Of a stretch of 64,000 bases of DNA, positions 33,188 to 42,158 are shown piece after piece. Source of the DNA: a virus (lineage: Duplodnaviria; Caudoviricetes); the IMG/VR virus record IMGVR_UViG_3300014047_000002, positions 1 through 64,000 of that record; one strand, written 5' to 3'. A program made the position numbers and the translations under genes. Under the pieces are notes generated by a model. It did no database searches and was not told where the DNA came from. It saw only the letters and a program-made list of their open reading frames with translations. Every line of letters starts with the position of its first letter. Within the stretch, counting starts at the first letter, position 1.

Positions 33188-34075
33188 TTATTTTTTTATA
33201 ATAATATTATAATGTTCTAATACTTTATAATTTATTTTATTAGGATATTCTCCATATTTTTTATTCCAATTTATTACATTTGTTTTTAATTCATCTATTG
33301 TTATTGAACATTTAATATATTTTGATGAATTCTCTATATGTTGTAATAATTTACAATTAGCTGGATGTGATATTAAATATGGATCTATTAAATGTTTAAA
33401 ACCTTCTTCACATGAATACTTATGATCACGTGATACACCTAATAAATTATCACCTCTATTCTTTGCTTTATACCAACCAAACTATTTTATTAAATTGAAA
33501 TCAAATTCATTAGGAAAATCATTCAATGAAAAAGTAAATTTACAAAAATACTTATATATTTGCTTTTGCTTTTTACCTTTTAATTTATATTGTAAATAAC
33601 ATTCATCTGAACAATATGATCTACGAGAATTTGTTAATAAAGATTTACCACAAAATTTACAAAAAGTATTTCTTACTTTTAATCCTTTAGATTTTACATA
33701 TTCTTTTAATGTTTGCTAAATTTTTATATTTTTATCCTCTTTATTAATTTTTGATGCAGTTAATTGTTTAGCACATTTATCAGAACATGTTTTTTTATAT
33801 TTTCCAATTTCATATTTATGTGGTGTTATATTTACTTCATATTCTTTACCACATATAATACAATTACATATATAATTTTGCTTTTTGGATTTTATATGAG
33901 AATGTATTTTCTATACAGTAGAATTTTTTATTTCTTCATATTTTGGATTCGCTTTACACCAACGTACATGATTTGCAAAAACACGTTTATTCATATATAA
34001 TGTTTCATGACAATATGGACAAACATTTTCTACTACTTCTTTACATTTATCATTACCAAAACAATTCTTACACAT
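33188..34075 (-). CDS. Zn-finger plus HNH endonuclease (recoded, missed by ORF track)
   Basis: CPYC...H...C; SRDHKYS...HPANC...HIENSSK. Confidence 0.8.
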
Positions 34076-34139
34076 ATTAAATATTAATACTTTTATTATT
34101 TATCTATGTGGAGAAAGTGAAAATCGAACTTTACTCATT

Positions 34140-34216
34140 TGGTGGACCGTATCGGACTTAAACCGATGACCTCCTGAGTGCAAATCAGGTGCTCTAGTCA
34201 ACTGAGCTAACGGCCC
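34140..34216 (-). tRNA. tRNA-Ala(TGC), CCA encoded
   Basis: G3:U70; loop TTTGCAC. Confidence 0.9.
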
Positions 34217-35414
34217 AAATTACGCATGAGACTCTTTACTCATGCTTACAATTTCAAGTCTTTCTCTTAATCATTTTCGAAAGATACTTCGGCTTGTTTT
34301 CTCACCTAGAAATACGTCACTTTAGATATTACGTCTAATACCCGAGCAAATTTTTCATTTCTCATTGTAGTGGTTCCGAGTGCTAGCCACTTCTCATGTG
34401 GCATCCCAAAACGTGCAAATCAAAAGTTGTCCAGAATTGCAAACTGTACTGCATGTATCTATAAGTTTTTCAACTTAACGGTTAATAGCAGCTATCACCC
34501 GAACAGAGTTTTCATTTTTAAAAATTAATTTATTACCTTGACCGTTTTCAAGAGCTCGATTCTATGCTTCACTTAGCTGTGTCACTTTGCCCTATTCACA
34601 ACATGCTATCATAGCAATCACTCAGCTAACGGTATGCGGTATAGCAAATTTCACCGCATTCATACGAGGCTTCTTTATTTCCATCATCGTATCTCTTCTG
34701 AGCACATAAGAAATAACCCCTTAGTGTTTTCTGCTAGGCTAATAAATTTATATATTATATATTCATTTATAAAAATGTCTATTTAATTAGTGCCTTCGTT
34801 TGATTCGAACAAACATACCAAACTCCTATTCATATGTATTGTCTTAAGCTACATATTTTCGATTGGCTTGGCCCGCTTGTACAGGGCGGCTACAGTTACC
34901 AATATACTGTGATAAACCGGCAAATTAGCACTTTAGTAGTTTCTCACTGGTTCCGTAATTATAGGCCGGTTTCCTTTCCCATATATTAAATTTAATTTCA
35001 TTTGTGGAGTACTTCGGATTCGAACTTAAAAGGTAAACTCCTATTGATGCTATCTCAAGTAAAAACCTTCGCACAGAGTACACTTTATAAAATCATGATT
35101 TCATAAAATGCTAGCTTCCAGCCTATTTAACTACTACTGTACCCCAGTTGTTTGTAGCGACGACGGGAGTCGAACCCGCAATCTCCGGCTAAAACCACCG
35201 GTATTATCTCTCTTAAATAGAATAACTTGGTTCCTCGCTTTATCCATGGCTTGCTTGACCGCTAACTTCTATTTATTGTCATTATGCCTCTAAATACCTC
35301 TCTTATACACCAAATTTACCCGTCGATAAACAACCATATAAATTTGTTATTTAGACTAACGCTTGCCAGCAACATAAAAAGAAATTTCCATCTAACTGCG
35401 TCACTGAGTTTTTG

Positions 35415-35554
35415 CGGGGGAGGAGGGATTCGAACCCACCACCATCGGATTAGCTACATAGGCAGGAATCGAACCTGCTTGCCAACTATGTAGGAGATTT
35501 AACAGTTTACTCTGTATACAGTCCGCCGCTCTACGCCATGCGAGCTACTCCCCC
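35415..35554 (-). tRNA. tRNA-Asn(GTT) interrupted by a 65-nt insert (35453-35517); could be misread as Tyr
   Basis: GCGGA-CTGT|TAA-TCCG; G73 and a short variable loop fit Asn. Confidence 0.75.
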
Positions 35555-35972
35555 AAATTTGGTTTTACAGATAACCAAAAACTGTATTGGCGGTAGAGAT
35601 TCAGCAACATTAAGTCTTTCTGACATTAACTTTAACACCCAGGTATCTACCAGTTCCCTGACCTTAGGCCTCCAGGATTTTTCCAGATGGTGGATCGAAA
35701 GGGACTCTAACCCTAATTGGCATCACGGCTTTCCCGATAAATCCGTGTGGGGATTCCAGCTAATCATGCACAACCCAACTAAAAATAAATTGAAACCCTT
35801 GCAAGTAATACTCAGATAAACCCATCCTGTTTGGACCGTTCAGGGAATTCCGAAAAAGAAGCTATAAATGAATACAACTTCAGTTAACGTCAAATACCAG
35901 ACTTCCCGCGAATAATATGCTTTCGAGACATACCTAATTAACTTCCTATTATCCTCATATAATTTCAATTTG

Positions 35973-36044
35973 CGCCCCGGGTAGGGTTCGAACCTACGAC
36001 CAATTGATTAACAGTCAACTGCTCTACCACTGAGCTACCGAGAC
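35973..36044 (-). tRNA. tRNA-Asn(GTT)
   Basis: Loop CTGTTAA; G73. Confidence 0.9.
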
Positions 36045-36335
36045 AAATTAATAAAAGATATATACCAGCGACTGCGAGTTGAATTTCACTTCCCGACCTT
36101 GGCCACTACCATTTCATCACTCCATTTTGCAACCACCTTTCTTTTACTCTCTACAGATATTACGAAAATATCAACGAATGTTTAATCAGTATTAACGAAT
36201 TTCTTCTCCTGAAGTTTGTCCTCCACATTCTAAGTTACTCAGTTTCGCTACTCTTTCATTTGTAATTTAATACAGATGATACTCTATGCACCATGAACTT
36301 ACTGTTCTTCCAATCTTTATATCTTTTATAAGAAA

Positions 36336-36411
36336 TGTAGGCACCGGATTCTACTTCTACCGATTTCATAAGATTCAGAGTCAAATGAACTATCAAATTG
36401 TTCTAACCTAC
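36336..36411 (-). pseudogene. Degenerate tRNA-Gln(CTG)
   Basis: D-arm and loop CTCTGAA present; T-loop disrupted. Confidence 0.5.
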
Positions 36412-36480
36412 GCATCTATAACTTACTTTGAGTTGCAGTTCATGACCTGACTGATTTCTTTTATAGATGTTTTATATTTG

Positions 36481-36552
36481 TAGTCCGTAGGGGAATCGGA
36501 CCCCTCTTGGCAGGTTGAAAACCTGTAGTCCTAACCGATAGACGAACGGACC
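36481..36552 (-). tRNA. tRNA-Glu(TTC)
   Basis: Loop TTTTCAA; T-loop TCCGATT. Confidence 0.9.
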
Positions 36553-36725
36553 AAGTTAAAGTTCTGTTCCATCTCGCTCAATGTATTCAAGCTAAAGCCT
36601 TTGGGAAGTCTTTCTTTATGTACACTCGATTATGACACTTCCAGCAAGTAATATATGGTATAATTTCCGGATAACCTATATTGCTAATGCCAACATTTTC
36701 CTATCATTCTAGGTAATGAACTTTG

Positions 36726-36799
36726 TAGGGTTAACGAGGATCGAACTCGTATCTTCAGCGTGAAAGGCTGACCACCTAACCTATTAGTGAGATAACCCC
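36726..36799 (-). tRNA. tRNA-Glu(TTC)
   Basis: Loop CTTTCAC. Confidence 0.85.
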
Positions 36800-37261
36800 A
36801 AATTACTAATAAGGATTCTGTTGTATTGAAGCGTTACGCCACTATCACGTAATAAACACCAAGGCTTCAATATATGTTTACTGAACTATGTAATAAAGGG
36901 TATTACACCCTCAGGTTGCAATGCATCCTGCTTACAGTGGTTTTTCACCTAACCTCCCTTATCAGTGGTCATATATCAAGATTCTCAATCTGCAAAGAAA
37001 AACACTGGATGGATTTCCACCATCAATCTGAGCTCATTAGCGGATTAGCTAATCTTCCGTGGACCAATACCCAAATATCGCCTCAAAATTTGAGACATTA
37101 TTTAATAAAAAACGTCTCATGAGGTTTCAGTGTTTATAAAATAAAGTAGATTACCGTCAGAATTCAACTGACTTATGACATTTCAAAGCTTCATCCTGTA
37201 TGTTTCAACATTTAGCTGTCCTTGTGGCTTTTCTACTCCCCACCGGAATAACCTACTTTTG

Positions 37262-37425
37262 AGCCCCAAGCCGGATTCGAACCAGCAACCTGCGCATTGG
37301 ACTATATAAAGGATTCGAACCTTTATTCACATGAATTCCCATCTGAATTTAAATATAGTCTGGTTTTTATAATGGTTACCTTCCATCTATACAAGTGCGC
37401 TGCTCTACCATTGAGCCATTGGGGC
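37262..37425 (-). tRNA. tRNA-Thr(TGT) interrupted by a 92-nt insert (37299-37390)
   Basis: GCGCA-CTTGT|AA-TGCGC flank the insert. Confidence 0.85.
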
Positions 37426-37537
37426 AAATTTAAATGCAAGTTATAATTGAGTCTTTATAACAATTTTCATGCGCTCCTGCTTTCCGGAAATTAGCATGCT
37501 GTACTCTACCTTACTCGACTTGTACGAATTGCATTTG

Positions 37538-37624
37538 TAACGGGAGCAGGATTCGAACCTGCGTGCGCCTTTTGGACGCCCTAGCTTATGAGACTAGTGA
37601 GATAGACCTCTCCTCCATCCCGCA
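37538..37624 (-). tRNA. tRNA-Met(CAT), initiator-like, long variable arm
   Basis: Loop CTCATAA; 1:72 mismatch; variable hairpin GCGTC-CAAAA-GGCGC. Confidence 0.85.
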
Positions 37625-37789
37625 ATGTTATTAAAAATAGCTATACAGAATATTCTTTTCTTGAACTAACGCGACTGATTACCGTACGATGGACTTTCAC
37701 CATATTAGATAACGTTTCCGGATTATTAACTAATATATTCTATCTTCCTGTATCATAGATAATGTACAACTTTCTATGTTTGCTATTTG

Positions 37790-37864
37790 TGGTGGCCGTG
37801 GGAGTTGAACCCGACTATCTCCAGCTTATAAGGCTGGTGCTTATACCTGTTAAGCTTCGCCACT
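37790..37864 (-). tRNA. tRNA-Ile(TAT)
   Basis: CCAGC-CTTATAA-GCTGG; some acceptor and T-stem mismatches. Confidence 0.75.
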
Positions 37865-38127
37865 ATCAGTATTTTCACAGATTAATACGAACTGTATATG
37901 AGCTTTGGTTAAACTTATAGAGGGGTAACATGCTACTTCATATAAGATTCATGAATATCTATCAACATTTCGAACTGCTCATAGAACAACCATTTAGCTA
38001 TAAACTTCTCCATGAATTTTGCATGGCATGCAAGTGGATTGATGATGGGACTCGAACCCACATGGAGCTGATCAACACTCCGCACCTAATGTATCTGCTA
38101 GCAACAGGCCTGATCCATCAATCTTTG

Positions 38128-38249
38128 TGGTAATGGCAGGATTCAAACCTACGTAAAAATGGTTAGGGATAGAAATTCCATTCTCGTCGCTTTCCCTTTA
38201 TCTATCATCGGTTGGGCTACCGCGCTCTAATCAGCTGAGCTACATTACC
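38128..38249 (-). ncRNA. tRNA-like RNA with expanded central region
   Basis: Perfect acceptor GGTAATG/CATTACC, D- and T-arms; ~65 nt replaces the anticodon/variable region. Confidence 0.55.
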
Positions 38250-38391
38250 AAATAAACAATCTACACGTATCCTTTTACTCATCACCAAATGTTGACTAGT
38301 ACATAATGATATTTCAAAAATACTCCTTTGATATATAACTTTTGCAACAATTATATACCTGCCTCTACTCCCAAACATCCTCGATTGCTTG

Positions 38392-38467
38392 TGGGGCTTG
38401 ATGGATTCGAACCATCGACCTTTACCTTGTAAGGGTACTGCTACTGAACCAGCTGAGCTAAAGCCCC
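38392..38467 (-). tRNA. tRNA-Val(TAC)
   Basis: Loop CTTACAA. Confidence 0.9.
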
Positions 38468-38772
38468 AAATGTGCGTCTTACCATACCTTACCGCACTTT
38501 ATATCGGATTTCAGAGTCTCCTTCATGTATGGCTTCCAGTGCATGTCCTATCTGATTAGGTTTGAATTATGTAAACATAATTTTTACTCAAATACCTGCA
38601 GAGTCAAAAGTCTGATACACATTTCGCGGTCACCTAAGCTCAAGCTTCGCATTTTTTATCTTCTTATTATAATTCTGTATCAGTCGAATTATATACTGAG
38701 GAGTTTGTAACTTAATTTAATAACATCTGAATTACCAAACTTTTCCGAAAATAATCAGATGGGGCCCAAAAT

Positions 38773-39384
38773 TTATTTCGCTTCAGTCACATTGCCTATT
38801 TTATTATAATATTCTTTCCAATTAGATAATGTTTTATCTAATGAATGTTGCTATAAATCTTCTTGTGTATATTTTTCTTTTGTATGAATTATTCTATGAC
38901 AATTAGGACAAACTAATATTAAATTATCCATATCATCTGAACCTCCATGTTTTTTCTATATAATATGATGTATATCACAAGTAGATTCATTCCAACCACA
39001 TAAAGAACAACCTGCATTTGCTCGATGCAATATTTTAGATATTGTTCTTTTTGATAAATCCATAATAGAACTTATATTTTCTAAATTCTATAAATGTACC
39101 ACATGCCTTTTACAATGATTACAATATATATGTCGATTTTTTCGTATTGGTGTATTAGTTATAAAAGATTCACCACACTTTTCACATATATAATTATATT
39201 CTTTTACTACTTTTGGTTTTTTATTTTCATTATGAAATTTCTTTAGAGTTTCAGAAGTTTTTTTATTCATTTCTGATGTATGTACTCTTTGTTTATTACC
39301 AAAAGCAATGGCACATGATTTAGAACAAAAACGTCCAGAACCATAAGAACCATCATGTTCTTTACCACAATTTTCACAAATCAT
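38773..39384 (-). CDS. Zn-finger plus HNH endonuclease (recoded)
   Basis: After the TAG: CSLCG...DIHHI...GGSDDMDNLILVCPNCHRIIH. Confidence 0.85.
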
Positions 39385-39447
39385 AATTCAAATATAAATC
39401 TTTTAATATTTATTTCGAACCTGTTTCGTCAAAATGTAAATTTGTAG

Positions 39448-39739
39448 TGGGAGTGGAGGGATTCGAACCCCCGAAGCCGAATGGCGCCAGATTTCAAAGC
39501 TGATAACTTGCTTTCGACTATCTCATTTCCATGCAATTATTGTTTAGGAAGCTCGTCTATAGTCTGTACACATTTTATTTAGCTCGGGATTATTATTGTT
39601 TATTTTACGTGGATAATACCTTCCCCGAATTAGCGAACTTATTCATCTATATGTTTCCATAAAGAGCTGCATTCCACATGAAGAAATGTTATCATTTATC
39701 TTACAGTCTGGTCCTAACTACCGCATTAGGAACACTCCC
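39448..39739 (-). tRNA. tRNA-Tyr(GTA) split by a group I intron
   Basis: CCAGA-CTGT|AAA-TCTGG, long variable arm, A73. Confidence 0.85.
39495..39702 (-). mobile_element. Group I intron (208 nt, no ORF)
   Basis: 5' exon ends in U, intron ends in G; core motifs AATTCGGGGAA (P), ATCCCGAGC (Q), ACAGACTA (R), GAGATAGTC (S). Confidence 0.85.
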
Positions 39740-40004
39740 AAAATAGTGGAAATTAGACTGGAATTTCCACAAACCAGCCAAACGTTTTGAACTTCAGGTA
39801 TTGTTTGGAAAAACCTATAGGAAACCATGAAAGTTTCCTAAGTTATTAGGTCAACCTTTAACCGCTATGTTAAAAGTTTTAGAAAACTGCCAGATTCACA
39901 TCCAAATTTTCAAGGTATTAATAGCATTAACCTTCTGTCTTCTCTCGCTCTTCTTCACCTATCAATAAAAATTATCAATACCCATTATATTGATAATAGT
40001 TAAG

Positions 40005-40076
40005 TAGCCCGTATGAGAATCGAACTCATCTTTCCAGGTTGAAAACCTGACGTCCTAACCGATAGACGAACGGGCC
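40005..40076 (-). tRNA. tRNA-Glu(TTC)
   Basis: Loop TTTTCAA. Confidence 0.9.
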
Positions 40077-40351
40077 ATCTGGTGCAGATTTAAAATGTGC
40101 TGACTATTGGATGCACTGTGAAAATCTCTTACTCATTTGGTACTGCACCTAAGAGATTACCTTGCCAAGTTGATTTGGGATCCAGGTGGGAATCGAACCA
40201 CGCCAGGTGAACTTCTCACATACCGCACCACCAGTATACTCAAAGCCTGCTATCCATATTGCCCCAGTCTAGTGTTTGACTGTTTTTCACCACACCCATT
40301 TACCATGGGGGACAAGGCCCGACCTACAGCAGCTTATCAGTTTGAATCTTG

Positions 40352-40454
40352 CTCCTCATACGGGAATCGAACCCGTGACCTGCCGGAACTACGGAATAAA
40401 ATTGACCTTCATTCTTTGCCCCGGTTCTTCTACCAACTTGAAGATATATGAGGA
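40352..40454 (-). ncRNA. tRNA-like RNA with extended anticodon arm
   Basis: TCCTCAT/ATGAGGA acceptor, D- and T-arms; 34 nt between CCGG stems. Confidence 0.55.
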
Positions 40455-40675
40455 TAACCAATGAACATTAAAAACTGAATCAAAACTCGTTCATCATGCA
40501 GTCATGCTCTTTCGGGGAGTCATCTGTCAAAGTTTTATAGTGCGCAATATTAAGAATGTCTATTCCATCGCGGTTAATACTTATTTCAATCTACTCTGAT
40601 GGCATCCTTAGAAAGGCTGTATAATCCAATGCAACTAAGTTTCTCATCACCATTAGTTTTACTGGACAACCTTAG

Positions 40676-40755
40676 TGAGTATGGATGGACTTGAACCACC
40701 GACGCATCTCCGCCCTTGTGGGCTTCAACTCATTAACCACCTGTGAAACATACCC
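40676..40755 (-). ncRNA. Atypical tRNA-like RNA
   Basis: Acceptor, D- and T-arms; GCCC-ACAA-GGGC instead of a 7-nt loop. Confidence 0.45.
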
Positions 40756-41117
40756 AACTTTATTGATTTTACTTATGGGAGGTGATCCCCATTCAGATGC
40801 TCTTTATCTCCGCACCATAAAGGCCGTTTGAACTCCTAGCAAATTCCACCGCTTGCTTTCCATGCAGCACTGATTTATAAAATCAATTTTGTTAATCTTA
40901 TATTTAAAAGGTTATACTTTCCGCTTAGTTGTTACTTTCTGATAAAGAATCGATTACTTTCTAATATCATACCGGCATACGTTCTCTTAATAAGGTATTA
41001 CTACCAATATTGGTGAGAATTACTGCATTGCATCGGGTTTATTAACCTCTTAAACAATTTGGTTATTTTGTGTGTATCAATATGTCAAAGAACTATTGTT
41101 TATTGTTTTGAACAGTG

Positions 41118-41125
41118 CAAAGATA
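41118..41125 (-). promoter_or_regulatory. Bacteroidota-type -7 promoter driving the tRNA array
   Basis: TATCTTTG(CA). Confidence 0.65.
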
Positions 41126-41195
41126 CGAACTATTTTTGAATCAAAAAAATTTTTTGAAGAAAAAGTTCAATTCTTTAACGTTGTTTAACAATTAG

Positions 41196-41295
41196 TGTAC
41201 ACAGGAGGGCTCGAACCTCCAACCGCATTTGCCTAGAATTTTCGCGCGGTACCAGCGTTTGAAGCTAGCGCGTTTACCACTTTCGCCACATGTAC
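41196..41295 (-). tRNA. tRNA-Leu(CAA), very long variable arm
   Basis: Loop TTCAAAC; ~31-nt variable region. Confidence 0.8.
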
Positions 41296-41315
41296 ATCTT
41301 TATATATTATATTAA

Positions 41316-41519
41316 TTATTTTCCTTTTTTAATAAACGTTGCTATCTCTTTAGCTCGCTTTAATATTTTTTCAAAATCTTGGTAATCCTTACCTTGCACC
41401 ATTGGTTTATAATATTGCAATGCTGCACTAATTCCCAAAAAATTAATTCTTTCTTCTTTTGTAAAACCTTCAAATAAGGTACTACTTACATTTGTATCGT
41501 CTCCGTTTGTTGTAATCAT
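41316..41519 (-). CDS. Hypothetical protein
   Basis: Intact ORF. Confidence 0.5.
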   Translation of the reverse strand: MITTNGDDTNVSSTLFEGFTKEERINFLGISAALQYYKPMVQGKDYQDFEKILKRAKEIATFIKKGK

Positions 41520-41541
41520 ATTCTAAATTATTTAAATCATG

Positions 41542-41614
41542 CAGGGGGAGTTGGATTCGAACCAACAACTTCATGATTAAGCACTCGTGCGCTCTACCGT
41601 TGAGCTATCCCCCC
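41542..41614 (-). tRNA. tRNA with an 8-nt anticodon loop (Lys CTT-like)
   Basis: CACGA-GTGCTTAA-TCATG; other arms canonical. Confidence 0.6.
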
Positions 41615-41619
41615 AATGG

Positions 41620-41925
41620 TTATATTGAAAATCCTCGCCATAACCATCGAATGTGCTTCGTGTGTTCAGGACCTTTAACTTAAAGCTTTGACAAAACCCC
41701 ATTGTGTTATCCAATTCACCAACGCGCCATAATTATAGTTTGTTAGTAGAGGCGCGTACGAGATTCGAACTCGTTATAATGGGAATTTCATGATGTACAC
41801 GAACGCGCTATCCTGACACTCCGCTTTGACTGTGACTCTAAAGCTCTTGACACAATGCTTATGCTAAAATCTAGGATTCTGATAATGCTAATTGTAAATC
41901 TAAAGCTTTCGTCAATATGTCAATT
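41620..41925 (-). ncRNA. ~300-nt RNA with permuted tRNA domain and AGCTTTA repeats
   Basis: Order CCCAT, T-arm, ACGCGCC/GGCGCGT, D-arm, ATGGG at 41698-41783; boundaries approximate. Confidence 0.6.
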
Positions 41926-41940
41926 TATATTATTCTATTT

Positions 41941-42141
41941 TTAATATCTACTCTTAAAGAACCAGATAAGTAATGCTATGATTATTATCCATAAAAGCAC
42001 TCCACCATAAAGAGGAAGTAGTACCAACCACCATGACCAATCAATATAATGTGTAAGCTTTAATACTATGAATACTATACCAAGCAAACCAAAAAATCCG
42101 ATTCCACTGCTTGAGCTGCTTGAACTACTTGAACCTGGCAT
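41941..42141 (-). CDS. Small membrane protein (LKL...IDWSWW..L.P type)
   Basis: Ser-rich N-terminus, two TM helices. Confidence 0.7.
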   Translation of the reverse strand: MPGSSSSSSSSSGIGFFGLLGIVFIVLKLTHYIDWSWWLVLLPLYGGVLLWIIIIALLIWFFKSRY

Positions 42142-42158
42142 TGTTTAAATCATTAATT

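Noticed and set aside
35415-35554. tRNA-Tyr(GTA) reading of the interrupted tRNA
   Set aside because: G73, short variable loop and the shared ATA...NC insert boundaries favour Asn(GTT); Tyr is not fully excluded.
35108-40464. Short plus-strand ORFs in the tRNA array
   Set aside because: Antisense to tRNAs, with no protein-like features.
30000-41700. Amber suppressor tRNA and theta (HDV-like) ribozymes
   Set aside because: No CTA anticodon found; no ribozyme recognisable by eye, and a covariance search would be needed.
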